Part shown: positions 34,018-43,646 of the stretch, in pieces
Numbering within the stretch: position 1 is the stretch's first letter
Layout of the letters: every line of letters starts with the position of its first letter
The notes under the pieces: model-generated
Told to the model about the DNA's origin: nothing
What the model saw: only the letters and a program-made list of their open reading frames with translations
Database searches by the model: none
Translations under genes and position numbers: made by a program
Source of the DNA: an uncultured Gammaproteobacteria bacterium
GTDB lineage: Bacteria > Patescibacteriota > Microgenomatia > Woykebacterales > RBG-16-39-9b
Direction of reading: 5' to 3'
DNA: 64,000 bases
NCBI GenBank assembly: GCA_965231125.1
Contig: OZ246414.1
Coordinates: forward strand, 145,739 to 209,738

Positions 34018-35793
34018 ATGAAGGCAGAGAAGATCCGCAACTTTGCAATCTCCGCCCACATCGATCACGGTAAATCCACTTTAGCCGACCGGCTTCTAGA
34101 AATCACCGGAACAGTCGCTAAAGAAAACTTAGTCGAACAATATCTTGACCGGATGGATTTGGAGCGGGAGCGGGGCATTACCATTAAGCTTGCACCGGTA
34201 AGCGTTTCTTGGAAAAGCCATCAACTAAATTTGATCGACACGCCCGGACATGTAGATTTTTCTTACGAAGTCTCGCGGTCTCTCGCGGCGGTTGAGGGAA
34301 TAATTCTTTTGGTGGATGCAACGCAAGGTATCGAGGCGCAAACTTTGTCTAATTTTCTTCTCGCTAAAGAACAAGGGTTAACCATTATTCCAACCATAAA
34401 TAAAATTGATCTACCCAGTGCCCAGACGCAAGAGGTAAAAAAATCAATCAGGGAGACCCTGGGATTCCCAGAGGAAGATATTCTCCTTATATCGGCGAAA
34501 GTGGGCACTGGGGTCGAAGTCTTACTGGATAAAATAATCGAAAAAATTCCCTCCCCAGAGGGTAACCCGCAAACAAGCCTTAAAGCGTTGGTTTTCGATT
34601 CCGTTTACGATTCTTTCAAGGGGGTGGTGGCGTATATCCGTCTTTTCGATGGACGGTTAAAAAAAGGTGAAAAAGTCAAGTTGTTAGGTATTGACATGGA
34701 ATTTGAAACTGCCGAGGTGGGCCATTTTTCACCGGATCTTGTTGAGTCCCAAGAACTTGGCTTTGGAGAGATTGGCTACATCGCCACTGGTCTGAAAGAT
34801 GTTAGTAAAGTGGCGGTTGGTGATACTTTAACTTTGGCGGCCGATCCAGATACCCACTCGCTACCGGGTTATAAACCAGCAAAACCGGCGGTTTTTGCTG
34901 GCATCTTTCCTATTGATCGGGACGAATTTACAAAGTTAAAAGAGGCGATCGAAAAGCTAAAATTAAACGATGCCTCTCTTATTTTTGAACTAGAGAACTC
35001 GCCTGCCTTGGGTTTTGGTGTTCGGGCCGGGTTTTTAGGACTGCTTCACTTGGAAGTAGTTGTCGAGAGGCTACAGCGAGAATTTGACATTAGTCTAGTA
35101 ATTACCGCACCAACAGTCAGTTACAGGGTTCTTTTAACGGATGGAACTGAAGTTGAGGTTTCAAACCCAACAAAACTTCCAGACCTTTCAAAAGTAAAGG
35201 AAATTACCGAGCCGTGGGTGGAAGGCTCTGTAATTACCCGCAGCCAATATCTCGGTCCGATAACCCAGCTTATCCATGAAAAAAGAGGGGAAATTGTCGA
35301 TATTAAATATTTTTCCGACAAAGTTGATGTTTCGGTAAAGCTGCCGCTTTCCGAGATAATTTCGGATTTTTACGACAAACTTAAGACTATCTCTTCCGGG
35401 TACGCCTCCTTCGATTGGGAGCCAGCGGAGTATAGAAGTGTTGCCTCGGTAAAGCTTGAAATTTTGGTGGCAAAAGAGCCGGTGGACGCTCTTTCCCAAA
35501 TTGTTCCAAAAGAAAAAGCGTACCCGCTTGGCAAAGCCTTGGTGGAAAAGTTGAGGCAAGTAATACCGCGTCAACAATTTGAAGTTTCTCTCCAAGCTGC
35601 AGTCGGCGGTAAAATAGTCGCCTCCGAAAAAATTCCCGCCTTTCGTAAAGATGTCACCGCCAAACTTTACGGCGGCGATAGGACTCGGAAGGATAAGCTC
35701 CTAGATAAACAGAAGAAAGGAAAGAAGAAAATGAAAATGATCGGTGGTGTCGAAATCCCGCAAGAAGCATTTCTTTCAGTTTTAAAAGTCTGA
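34018..35793 (+). CDS. lepA: elongation factor 4 (LepA)
   Basis: GTPase G motifs AHIDHGKST and DTPGHVDF, plus the LepA C-terminal domain. Confidence 0.9.
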   Translation: MKAEKIRNFAISAHIDHGKSTLADRLLEITGTVAKENLVEQYLDRMDLERERGITIKLAPVSVSWKSHQLNLIDTPGHVDFSYEVSRSLAAVEGIILLVDATQGIEAQTLSNFLLAKEQGLTIIPTINKIDLPSAQTQEVKKSIRETLGFPEEDILLISAKVGTGVEVLLDKIIEKIPSPEGNPQTSLKALVFDSVYDSFKGVVAYIRLFDGRLKKGEKVKLLGIDMEFETAEVGHFSPDLVESQELGFGEIGYIATGLKDVSKVAVGDTLTLAADPDTHSLPGYKPAKPAVFAGIFPIDRDEFTKLKEAIEKLKLNDASLIFELENSPALGFGVRAGFLGLLHLEVVVERLQREFDISLVITAPTVSYRVLLTDGTEVEVSNPTKLPDLSKVKEITEPWVEGSVITRSQYLGPITQLIHEKRGEIVDIKYFSDKVDVSVKLPLSEIISDFYDKLKTISSGYASFDWEPAEYRSVASVKLEILVAKEPVDALSQIVPKEKAYPLGKALVEKLRQVIPRQQFEVSLQAAVGGKIVASEKIPAFRKDVTAKLYGGDRTRKDKLLDKQKKGKKKMKMIGGVEIPQEAFLSVLKV

Positions 35794-35807
35794 TATTATT
35801 CTATACA

Positions 35808-36329
35808 ATGATTGTGGCTGTTGGTTCAACAAATCCAACTAAAATAAAGCCGGTAAAAAAGATTTTCTCTAAACATTTTGATGACGTTAAGGTTGTTGGG
35901 GTTCAGGTGGAGTCTGGTGTCCGCGATCAACCACTTAATTTAGATGAGGTTTTTAAAGGAGCTTTAAATCGAGCTAAAAAAGCTCTTGATGAAGTAAAAA
36001 ATGCAGACTTTGGGGTTGGGATAGAAGCGGGAACTCACAAGCACAATTTTGGTTGGCTCGAGAGTTCTTTGGTAGTAATCGTTAACGAAGAAGGTAAAAT
36101 CGGAATAGGTTCCGCAAGTGGTATTGTTCTTCCCAGAGAAATTGTTGAAGATTTAGAAAAAGGGAAAACCATTGACGATTCGATCGAAAGGGTTTTCGGA
36201 ATTAAGAAAATTGGCCGAGGCGTTGGAATGTTTGGTTTATTAAGTAAAGGAGTAGTTACAAGGTCTGAAGCAGTTGAGCACGGAGTTGCGTTCGCTTTAG
36301 CTAGATTCTTCCACGAAAACCTTTATTAA
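35808..36329 (+). CDS. inosine/xanthosine triphosphatase YjjX-like (non-canonical purine NTP phosphatase)
   Basis: 173 aa. Begins ...VGSTNPTKI and overall matches the YjjX/DUF84 family. Confidence 0.65.
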   Translation: MIVAVGSTNPTKIKPVKKIFSKHFDDVKVVGVQVESGVRDQPLNLDEVFKGALNRAKKALDEVKNADFGVGIEAGTHKHNFGWLESSLVVIVNEEGKIGIGSASGIVLPREIVEDLEKGKTIDDSIERVFGIKKIGRGVGMFGLLSKGVVTRSEAVEHGVAFALARFFHENLY

Positions 36330-36357
36330 ATTAGGCCCTTTTAGTCTTTGCCTCCTC

Positions 36358-36393
36358 TTGACATCTTTTAGCACTCGTGCTAGAGTGTTGCTA
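36358..36393 (+). promoter_or_regulatory. hrcA promoter (TTGACA-17-TAGAGT) overlapping a degenerate CIRCE-like inverted repeat TTAGCACTC...GAGTGTTGCTA
   Basis: Left CIRCE half is exact. Right half is imperfect (GAGTG-T-TGCTA). Position before hrcA-grpE-dnaK fits HrcA autoregulation. Confidence 0.5.
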
Positions 36394-36462
36394 CTCAAAA
36401 AGGACAGCCCCCACTTTGCCCTTCGACAATCTCAGGGCTTCGCGGGGTAAACAGGTGTTACT

Positions 36463-37194
36463 ATGGCAGAGCTTTCTGAGAGACAAAAAGAACTCCTAAA
36501 ATCCATTATCGACGAATACATTGAAACTGCCGAACCCGTCGGATCCGAAACTATCGTCGAAAAATACAAACTTGGAGTTTCCCCAGCAACTATTCGTAAC
36601 GAAATGGCTGCTCTTATTGAGGAAGGCTATTTAAAGCAGCCGCATACTTCTGCCGGCAGAATCCCTACCCCAATGGGTTTAAAACTTTATATTAAAGATC
36701 TCATGAAAGAGCAAGAAGTTCCGGTGAGGGACGAAGCCCAGATTAAAGAAAATCTTTGGGATTATCGTTTTCATTTTCCAAGACTTTTAAAACTGGCCAC
36801 CAATGAACTGGCCGAAAAAACCGGTTCTTTAGCGGTAGTGGCTACTGAAGAAGGAGACGTTTACTATTCTGGAGCTGCCAATATTTTAGATATTCCCGAG
36901 TTTTACGATATCGATTTAACCAAGACGGTTTTAACGATGATGGATAGGGCCGACATGCTTAACGATCTTTTCAACAAAGCAGTTGGGGACGAGCCCGTCC
37001 ACGTGTTGATTGGTGATGAACTTGGATTTGATTATATGGAATATGCTGGGTTGGTCTTCTCACCTTTTGGATCGGGAAAGAAAAACGCTGGTGTTATCGG
37101 CATTGTCGGGCCGGCCAGAATGAGGTTCCAGCGAGTAATCCCGACCGTGCGCTACTTTGGCGATTTACTAACAGAACTTTCCGGATCTTGGTAA
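36463..37194 (+). CDS. hrcA: heat-inducible transcription repressor HrcA (short)
   Basis: N-terminal winged-helix segment ...ETAEPVGSETIVEKY...SPATIRNEMAALIEEGYL. Confidence 0.8.
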   Translation: MAELSERQKELLKSIIDEYIETAEPVGSETIVEKYKLGVSPATIRNEMAALIEEGYLKQPHTSAGRIPTPMGLKLYIKDLMKEQEVPVRDEAQIKENLWDYRFHFPRLLKLATNELAEKTGSLAVVATEEGDVYYSGAANILDIPEFYDIDLTKTVLTMMDRADMLNDLFNKAVGDEPVHVLIGDELGFDYMEYAGLVFSPFGSGKKNAGVIGIVGPARMRFQRVIPTVRYFGDLLTELSGSW

Positions 37195-37224
37195 GATTTG
37201 GTTTAACCAAAACAGACATTAATC

Positions 37225-37650
37225 ATGGCGAAAAAGGACAAAGAAACCGAGGACATTAAAAACCAACTGAAAAGGGCTTTGGCCGACTACTCAAACCTAC
37301 AAAGAAGGGTTGAGGAAGAAAAAAAATCCTTGGTGACTTTCGCCAATTTTGGTCTTTTAGTAAAGCTTCTGGGGGTTTTGGATATTCTGGAAAAAGCAGC
37401 CGGGCACATTAACGACGAAGGTTTGAACCTAGGGATAAAAAAATTTCACGAAGTTTTGGCGTCCGAGGGAGTTACAGAGTTTGCCGCCTCTGGTGAAAAT
37501 TTCGACCCTACTATTCACGAAGCAGTTGAGGTGGTGGACGGCGCAGATAGTAAAATAGTTGAAGTTGTGGAGAAGGGCTACGCTCTTGGTAGTAAGACTC
37601 TACGCCCAGCCAAAGTTGTTGTAAGCAAAGGAAAAGTCGAGCAAGATTAA
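37225..37650 (+). CDS. grpE: nucleotide exchange factor GrpE (short)
   Basis: 141 aa. Coiled-coil N-terminus and GrpE C-terminal beta domain. Operon context. Confidence 0.8.
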   Translation: MAKKDKETEDIKNQLKRALADYSNLQRRVEEEKKSLVTFANFGLLVKLLGVLDILEKAAGHINDEGLNLGIKKFHEVLASEGVTEFAASGENFDPTIHEAVEVVDGADSKIVEVVEKGYALGSKTLRPAKVVVSKGKVEQD

Positions 37651-37651
37651 T

Positions 37652-37906
37652 ATGTTGCGCGTATTTTATTTATTTTGGACTTTAATAGCCGCTCTTTTAG
37701 TGACGGCAATTAGTTTTTTTTACATAAGCGGGGACAAACACGGTTTCCCTTTCTCATTCGCAACCGAGGTTAAAGATTCAGTTGGGGGCGGGGAAATACT
37801 TTTGAAATTCAACACTTGGACTTTGATCTTTGACATACTGTTTTGGTGGTTTCTGTTCAGCATCCTTTTGATAATAGTGAGAAATTATGTGTTTGAGTCG
37901 GAGTGA
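37652..37906 (+). CDS. small 2-TM membrane protein encoded between grpE and dnaK
   Basis: 84-aa hydrophobic ORF translationally coupled to both neighbours. Confidence 0.45.
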   Translation: MLRVFYLFWTLIAALLVTAISFFYISGDKHGFPFSFATEVKDSVGGGEILLKFNTWTLIFDILFWWFLFSILLIIVRNYVFESE

Positions 37907-39846
37907 CTATGAGTAAAACCATTGGTATAGATCTTGGAACAACAAACTCGGCCGTCGCTGTCGTTGAAGGTGGCCAGCCAAAGATTATTCATTCGGCCGA
38001 AGGCGAAAATATTATTCCTAGCGTTGTCGACCCGGTAAAGCGGGTAGTTGGCCGTGTCGCCAAAAGGCAGGCTGTTGTCAACCCGAAGACCACAATATTT
38101 TCTGTCAAGCGTTTGATGGGTAAGCGGTTTTCGGATAAGAGCGTTCAAGAAGATAAAAAGTGGTTGCCTTACGAAATAAAAGAGGGGAAAAACGCTGTGG
38201 CGGTGGTTGAGGTCGAAGGAAAAGAATATACGCCGCAAGAAATTTCTGCTCAAATTTTGCAGAAAATAAAAGCCGACGCAGAGGCCTATCTTGGTGAAAA
38301 AGTGACCGAGGCAGTTATTACTGTACCCGCCTACTTTGACGATTCGCAGCGTCAGGCGACCAAGCAGGCCGGGGAAATCGCCGGTCTTGATGTGAAAAGA
38401 ATTATTAACGAACCAACAGCTGCCGCTCTGGCGTATGGTCTTGAAAAAGAGAAAGCCCACACTATCGCCGTTTATGATCTTGGTGGCGGTACTTTTGACG
38501 TTACCGTTCTCGAACTTGGTGAAGGAGTTTTCGAAGTGAAGGCGACGGCCGGCGACACTCACCTTGGAGGAGACGATTTTGACCAAAAAGTAATTGACTA
38601 TCTTGTCGAGGAGTTCAAAAAGGAACAAAGTGTGGATCTGGCTGCCGATAAGCAAGCCTTGCAAAGGTTGCGGGACGCTGCCGAAAAAGCCAAGGTAGAG
38701 CTTTCCACCACTCTCGAAACCGAAATTAACATACCTTATATTACCGCTGATGCCTCCGGCCCAAAGCATTTGGTGATGAAACTTACCCGCGCCAAACTAG
38801 AATCTCTCACCCAAGAACTTATCGACCGCTCTTTTAAAGCAGTAGAGCAAGCTTTGAAAGATGCAAAGATTGAAGGCTCAAAGATTGACGAAGTTGTTTT
38901 GGTAGGTGGCCAAACCCGCATGCCGGCGGTTCAAGAAAAAGTAAAAAGCTTCTTTGGTAAAGAACCGCACAAAGGAATTAATCCGGATGAAGTAGTGGCC
39001 ATTGGCGCGGCGATTCAAGGAGCAGTTCTAGCCGGTGAAATGAAAGAGGTTGTGCTTCTCGATGTAACTCCCCTATCTCTTGGAGTAGAGACTCTGGGCG
39101 GAGTTAGCACCGTTTTGATTGCCAGAAACACCACTGTTCCAACTTCAAAATCCGAAGTCTTTTCCACCGCCGCGGACAATCAAACGAGTGTCGAGATTCA
39201 CGTGCTGCAAGGTGAGCGGCCAATGGCGACGGATAATAAGTCACTCGGCCGGTTTATCCTCGAAGGAATTCCACCGGCGCCACGAGGCATGCCGCAAGTG
39301 GAAGTGACTTTTGATATTGACGCCAACGGCATCCTCCACGTGACGGCCAAAGACAAAGCCAGTGGCAAAGAGCAAAAAATTACGATAACCGGATCCACCG
39401 GCTTGTCCAAAGAAGAAGCAGAAAAAATGGCTCAAGAGGCCGAGGCCCACGCCGAAGAAGACGCCAAGAAAAAAGAACTAATTGAAGCCCGCAACATTGC
39501 CGACTCTTTGGTCTACACGGCCGAGAAATCACTGAAAGACGCTGGTGATAAAGTGCCGGCGGATATTAAAACCGAAGTGGAAGAAAAAGTGAAAGCTTCT
39601 AAAGAAGCGATCGCTGGGGATGATTTGGAAAAAATTAAAAAAGCCACCGACGAACTCGGTCAAAGTCTCCAAAAAATCGGTCCAGCCATGACGGAGACTC
39701 CTCCAGGAAGTGACAAAACCGAATCCTCCGCGCAAGAGGAAATAAAAGCCGAAGGCGAAGCCACAGGTCCTGAGCCTGTCGAAGGAAAGGAAGAATCCAA
39801 AGGCGACACCGTCGAAGGCGAAGTAGTGGATGAAGAGAAAAAATAA
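37903..39846 (+). CDS. dnaK: molecular chaperone DnaK (Hsp70)
   Basis: Motifs [18 protein letters not shown], and the full Hsp70 architecture. Confidence 0.95.
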   Translation: MTMSKTIGIDLGTTNSAVAVVEGGQPKIIHSAEGENIIPSVVDPVKRVVGRVAKRQAVVNPKTTIFSVKRLMGKRFSDKSVQEDKKWLPYEIKEGKNAVAVVEVEGKEYTPQEISAQILQKIKADAEAYLGEKVTEAVITVPAYFDDSQRQATKQAGEIAGLDVKRIINEPTAAALAYGLEKEKAHTIAVYDLGGGTFDVTVLELGEGVFEVKATAGDTHLGGDDFDQKVIDYLVEEFKKEQSVDLAADKQALQRLRDAAEKAKVELSTTLETEINIPYITADASGPKHLVMKLTRAKLESLTQELIDRSFKAVEQALKDAKIEGSKIDEVVLVGGQTRMPAVQEKVKSFFGKEPHKGINPDEVVAIGAAIQGAVLAGEMKEVVLLDVTPLSLGVETLGGVSTVLIARNTTVPTSKSEVFSTAADNQTSVEIHVLQGERPMATDNKSLGRFILEGIPPAPRGMPQVEVTFDIDANGILHVTAKDKASGKEQKITITGSTGLSKEEAEKMAQEAEAHAEEDAKKKELIEARNIADSLVYTAEKSLKDAGDKVPADIKTEVEEKVKASKEAIAGDDLEKIKKATDELGQSLQKIGPAMTETPPGSDKTESSAQEEIKAEGEATGPEPVEGKEESKGDTVEGEVVDEEKK

Positions 39847-39916
39847 TGGCTCAGTCCTCCGAACTGTCGAAACGCGCTGCTTGACAAAACCGGAAGTGGT
39901 GTATAATGTATAGTGT

Positions 39917-40189
39917 ATGAGAAGAAAACAGATTTATCTCACTGATACACTAGAGCGGGAAATTAATATTCTTTCCAGGAAACAAGAAAGACCAAAATCC
40001 GAAGTTATTAGAGAGCTTTTGGAAATTGGGTTAAAGAAAAAAGAAACTAAAGAAGCACCGAGTGAAATACTACTAAAGATTGCCGCAAAAGCAGCACCAG
40101 GCCCCGGCGATCTTTCTACTAATTTTAAACGCTATCTTTACGGCGATAAATCCACAAATTATGGAAAAAGAGCTATTCGTAGACGCTGA
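39917..40189 (+). CDS. ribbon-helix-helix antitoxin (VapB/CopG-like)
   Basis: N-terminal RHH pattern QIYLTDTLEREINILSRKQERPKSEVIRELLEIGL. TTGACA-15-TGtTATAAT promoter upstream. Confidence 0.55.
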   Translation: MRRKQIYLTDTLEREINILSRKQERPKSEVIRELLEIGLKKKETKEAPSEILLKIAAKAAPGPGDLSTNFKRYLYGDKSTNYGKRAIRRR

Positions 40190-40583
40190 TGCTTTTGTAG
40201 CCTTGGTAGATTCCAAAGACTCAAACCATGAATTGGCAGTTGCGGTTAGTAGTTCGGTAAGTAAGTTTGCTTTGGGCTCAGTGACATCAGACCCTGCTTT
40301 GGGTGAGGCAATTACAGTTATTAGCCAAAATGTTGGACATCAGATAGCTGTAAACTTTGGCCAAGAAGTTTTAAGTAGCAGATTAGAGATAGTTGAGGTT
40401 GATACAAAGATTAGAAATAAAGCTTTTGAAATTTTCAAAGACCAAAGGTCTAAAAACTCACGGTTCACTGATGCAGTTAACATGGCAATAATGGAACAAA
40501 GAGGTTTGAAAGAGATTTTTAGCTTCGATGAGGACTATAAAAAAAGTGGGTTTGTAAGATTAGGAAAAGACAAGGAAGTTTGA
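40161..40583 (+). CDS. vapC: PIN-domain toxin VapC
   Basis: Acidic PIN motifs LFVDADAFVAL, FTDAVNMA, SFDEDY. Overlaps the antitoxin 3' end. Confidence 0.65.
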   Translation: MEKELFVDADAFVALVDSKDSNHELAVAVSSSVSKFALGSVTSDPALGEAITVISQNVGHQIAVNFGQEVLSSRLEIVEVDTKIRNKAFEIFKDQRSKNSRFTDAVNMAIMEQRGLKEIFSFDEDYKKSGFVRLGKDKEV

Positions 40584-40814
40584 GTATCTATATTTCCAAA
40601 AGCTAGCTTCTTGACATGTTATTGGGTTTCCTGTATTTTATTTCTAATGATACTTCGCTTTATTCCAGACATTCCGCAGATCTTTACCGACTAAAAAGTC
40701 GGCGGTCTGGCGGTGTTTTGGTTTAAAGCCCTCCTCTTTTAATTTTCACTAAAAACAAAAACACCCTTGGACCCAGCCGACTAAGCGGGTTTTTTCCATA
40801 GGAGGAAGGAAAAA

Positions 40815-41120
40815 GTGATCGACGGCAACTACGAAGTAATAAAAGGCCCGGATAACGCTTTGCTTCGTCAAGGGCCAGGAACTCTTCTCCACTTTGCATT
40901 GAAGGGACTTGGCGACGTGATTATAAGAAGCACTGTCGTCGAACCTACGGCAGTTGGGTGTTGGTTGGTTGTAGGTAAAACTCCACACAGGAGACTATCG
41001 TTAACGGTGAAATACCGGGAGTTGAGTTGTGGGCTGAATAAGGGTTCAGCGGAAGTAGAAACCCTTCCTCGCGTTCAGAGACCAAATAAGAAGAGGGAAA
41101 ATGCGTACCTCGTCACTTGA
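40815..41120 (+). CDS. hypothetical 101-aa protein
   Basis: GTG start with GGAGGAAGG SD. Own promoter (TTGACA-17-TATTTT) and terminator-like hairpin upstream. Overlaps the next gene start. Confidence 0.3.
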   Translation: MIDGNYEVIKGPDNALLRQGPGTLLHFALKGLGDVIIRSTVVEPTAVGCWLVVGKTPHRRLSLTVKYRELSCGLNKGSAEVETLPRVQRPNKKRENAYLVT

Positions 41121-41619
41121 GCAGATCTATAGGCGGCTTTGCCACAAACAAAGCCGCTTTTCTTTATGCTATTATTTTTTCGTGAAAGATTATTTTAAAA
41201 TTATTCCTTCCGCCTTTCTTATTTTGCTCAAAGATAGCGCCGTGCTTATGCAAAAGCGCCAAAACACTGGTTGGCAAGATGGAAACTACAGTTTAGTTTC
41301 TGGGCATTTGGATGGTGGCGAGTCGGTTACTGATGCACTAACTCGAGAGGTTAAGGAAGAAGCGAATATTTCCGTGAATAAAAAAGATTTAAAGCTTGTT
41401 CACGTTATGAGCAAGCTTTCGGGAGACCAGGAAAGAGTGGATTTCTTTTTTGTTTGTGAGAATTGGCGGGGTGAGATAAAAAACGCCGAGCCTGAAAAAT
41501 GTGAAGAGTTAAAATGGTTTCCGATTGACAAACTTCCAGAAAACACAATCCCGTCAGTTAAAGAAGCGATCAAGAACTTCCAAAAAGGAGTCTTCTATTC
41601 AGAATTTGGTTGGAAGTAA
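41101..41619 (+). CDS. NUDIX hydrolase (MutT-like)
   Basis: Nudix box GHLDGGESVTDALTREVKEEANI. Confidence 0.7.
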   Translation: MRTSSLEQIYRRLCHKQSRFSLCYYFFVKDYFKIIPSAFLILLKDSAVLMQKRQNTGWQDGNYSLVSGHLDGGESVTDALTREVKEEANISVNKKDLKLVHVMSKLSGDQERVDFFFVCENWRGEIKNAEPEKCEELKWFPIDKLPENTIPSVKEAIKNFQKGVFYSEFGWK

Positions 41620-41625
41620 CGTGCG

Positions 41626-41702
41626 TTAGCAAATATTTGCGCAATCTGCTAAAATCCAAATTTGACTATGGCAAAAAAAGATTTAGTTTTACTTCGTAAA
41701 AC
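41626..41702 (+). promoter_or_regulatory. dnaJ promoter (TTAGCA-18-TAAAAT) overlapping the perfect palindrome GCAAATATTTGC, plus 5'UTR hairpin GTTTTAC-TTC-GTAAAAC
   Basis: 12-nt perfect palindrome at 41629-41640. 7-bp perfect hairpin at 41686-41702. Confidence 0.4.
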
Positions 41703-41723
41703 GCAAGATTTCGGAGGAACGAA

Positions 41724-42830
41724 GTGACGAAGAAAGATTACTACGAAATATTAGGCGTTTCTAAAACTGCATCTACGGATGAAATCAAGAAAGCTTACCG
41801 GCAAAAAGCCCGGCAGCATCACCCAGATGTAGATAAATCTCCTGATGCTGAAAAAACTTTTAAAGAAATAAACGAAGCCTATCAAGTGCTTTCCGATCCA
41901 CAAAAGAAAGAAGCTTACGACAGGTTTGGTCACGCTGCCTTTGAAGGGGCTGGTGCCGCTTCCGCCGGTCGAAGTCCTGGTGGTTTTAGTTATCAATACG
42001 GTCCGGGAGTGGAGTTCGATTTTGATTTTGGTGGCTTTCGCGACCCATTTGAAATCTTTGAGGAGTTTTTTGGGGCTCGTTCCCCGTTTGGTGGAGGAAG
42101 GTCCCGTCGCGGCCCAAGAGCAGGAGAAGACCTTCACTACGAGATAACCATTCCTTTTGAGCAAGCGGCGTTCGGGGCCGAAAAGAAAATTGAGATTCCT
42201 CGAGCCGAAGTTTGCGGGCATTGCAAAGGCAGTGGCGCAGAGCCTGGTTCAAAAGCCAAAACTTGTCCAACTTGTCAGGGCCGCGGGCAAGTGCAACGTC
42301 AAGCGAACACTATTTTTGGTTCTCTCATGACCCAACAAATTTGTCCAGAGTGTCACGGCGAAGGCCAGATAATCGAGAATAAATGTAGAGAATGTAAAGG
42401 CAGTGGTCGGGTGCGATCGGTTAAGGAAACGACAATTAACATCCCTGCTGGAGTAGACGATGGCGACACGGTGAGATTTGCGGGACTGGGTGAAGCCGGG
42501 GAAAAAGGTTCTGGCTACGGTAATCTATATTTAACTATCCGCGTGGCTCCTCACAAAGAATTTAAACGGGCCGGCTACGACTTGTATTTTGAACAGCCAG
42601 TCTCTTTTTCCCAAGCCGCCTTGGGAGACGTTATTGAAGTTGAAACTCTTGATGGAAAAGTTAAATTAAAAATTCCAGAAAGCACTCAAACCGGCACTGA
42701 ATTTAGAATTCGCGGAAAAGGGATAAAGCATGATGGCAGCCGAGGCGACCAATTTGTTCGGGTAAAAGTAGTTACTCCCAAAAATCTTTCAAGTAAAGAA
42801 AAAGAGGCATTAAGAGAATTAGAAGGTTAA
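41724..42830 (+). CDS. dnaJ: molecular chaperone DnaJ
   Basis: J-domain HPD, G/F region, and four CxxCxGxG zinc-finger repeats. Confidence 0.9.
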   Translation: MTKKDYYEILGVSKTASTDEIKKAYRQKARQHHPDVDKSPDAEKTFKEINEAYQVLSDPQKKEAYDRFGHAAFEGAGAASAGRSPGGFSYQYGPGVEFDFDFGGFRDPFEIFEEFFGARSPFGGGRSRRGPRAGEDLHYEITIPFEQAAFGAEKKIEIPRAEVCGHCKGSGAEPGSKAKTCPTCQGRGQVQRQANTIFGSLMTQQICPECHGEGQIIENKCRECKGSGRVRSVKETTINIPAGVDDGDTVRFAGLGEAGEKGSGYGNLYLTIRVAPHKEFKRAGYDLYFEQPVSFSQAALGDVIEVETLDGKVKLKIPESTQTGTEFRIRGKGIKHDGSRGDQFVRVKVVTPKNLSSKEKEALRELEG

Positions 42831-42853
42831 CCAAAACAAATGAAAAGAGAAAA

Positions 42854-42887
42854 GGCAGGTCGAATCGACGAATCGGTAAGACCTGCC
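42854..42887. terminator. bidirectional terminator GGCAGGTC-loop-GACCTGCC (T-run on the minus strand)
   Basis: Sits between the dnaJ stop and the 3' end of the minus-strand tRNA operon. Confidence 0.6.
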
Positions 42888-42896
42888 AGAATAGGT

Positions 42897-42971
42897 TGGG
42901 ACCAGGGACAGGACTCGAACCTGCGACTGTGAGACTGGAAATCTCCTGCTCTACCGCTGAGCTACCCTGGC
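42897..42971 (-). tRNA. tRNA-Gly (anticodon TCC)
   Basis: Manual fold. Anticodon loop TTTCCAG, T-loop TTCGAGT, encoded CCA. Confidence 0.8.
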
Positions 42972-43109
42972 CGTTTGGAGGCGGCGCCGGTTTCCGATGG
43001 CCTTCCACCAAGTGAACCCCGCAACTAAATGCCGCAACGTTCCTTTCATGTAAGACTCTCCGGCGCCACCACGATCGTCAATGGGCAAAGCCCGAATGAC
43101 TGAATGGGT

Positions 43110-43181
43110 TGGTCGGGGTGGAGCGATTCGAACGCCCGGTCTACGGGACTTCCCGCTGCCTTACCACTTGGCTACACCCCG
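43110..43181 (-). tRNA. tRNA-like gene with 4-nt 'anticodon' loop (CGGG-AAGT-CCCG); aberrant tRNA or tRNA-derived pseudogene
   Basis: Perfect 7-bp acceptor (CGGGGTG/CACCCCG), D-arm with GG, canonical T-arm GGGCG-TTCGAAT-CGCTC and encoded ACCA. The interior is 3 nt too short for a 7-nt anticodon loop. Confidence 0.4.
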
Positions 43182-43365
43182 ACTTTACTCCGACTGCTGC
43201 CGAAGGAACCGTCTCTCCGGTCAGATTCAGCGCCCGAAAAGCTCTGGTACAAACGGCACTATTGCCGCGGCTATCATTACGGCGACCACCAAGACCTGTC
43301 GGATCAACTTCCAGCTCATTCCCGTTACTCCTTCCGACTGCACAGACTTGCGTCTGATAGATCTC

Positions 43366-43441
43366 TGGCTCCCCGAGCAGGGCTCGAACCTGCAACCTTT
43401 CCATTCCGAACGGAACGCTCCACCGATTGAGCTACCGGGGA
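43366..43441 (-). tRNA. tRNA-Pro (anticodon CGG)
   Basis: Manual fold. Anticodon stem TTCCG/TGGAA, loop TTCGGAA, T-loop TTCGAGC, encoded CCA. Confidence 0.8.
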
Positions 43442-43444
43442 ATT

Positions 43445-43519
43445 TGGTGACGGCGGCAGGGATCGAACCTGCGTATGGGGATTAAGAGTCCTTACGGAAA
43501 CCAACATCCGAACACCGCC
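43445..43519 (-). tRNA. tRNA-Lys (anticodon CTT), weak top of anticodon stem
   Basis: Acceptor with two G-U pairs. D-stem CGGA/TCCG. Loop CTCTTAA. T-arm GCAGG-TTCGATC-CCTGC. Encoded CCA. Two A-C oppositions in the anticodon stem. Confidence 0.6.
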
Positions 43520-43545
43520 GATCTTTCTTCCTTTCAATGAAGGAG

Positions 43546-43574
43546 ATTTTATCCTTTTGAAGGCAAGTTGTCAA
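43546..43574 (-). promoter_or_regulatory. promoter of the tRNA operon (TTGACA-17-TAAAAT on the minus strand)
   Basis: Exact -35, 17-nt spacer, and a TSS predicted about 19 nt upstream of tRNA-Lys. Confidence 0.55.
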
Positions 43575-43589
43575 AGGTTAAAGCCAGGG

Positions 43590-43618
43590 TTGACCGCTGG
43601 AAAATTTGGTGCTAATAT
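43590..43618 (+). promoter_or_regulatory. nusA promoter TTGACC-17-TAATAT
   Basis: Read directly. Divergent from the tRNA promoter. Confidence 0.5.
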
Positions 43619-43646
43619 TCGCATATAATTTAAACTTGACTTTAAA

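Noticed and set aside
36368-36393. Canonical CIRCE (TTAGCACTC-N9-GAGTGCTAA)
   Set aside because: Only the left half is exact. The right half needs an insertion or mismatches, so it is called CIRCE-like rather than canonical.
37885-38769. 294-aa ORF antisense to dnaK
   Set aside because: Lies fully inside the highly conserved dnaK on the opposite strand. Low-complexity translation, no SD. Chance ORF.
40080-40160. Longer VapC ORF starting at 40080
   Set aside because: The N-terminal extension overlaps most of the antitoxin 3' end and has no PIN homology. Met at 40161 starts the conserved PIN core.
43110-43181. Calling this a normal tRNA with an assigned anticodon
   Set aside because: The interior is 3 nt too short. 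The only stable anticodon-arm fold has a 4-nt loop, so no anticodon can be assigned.
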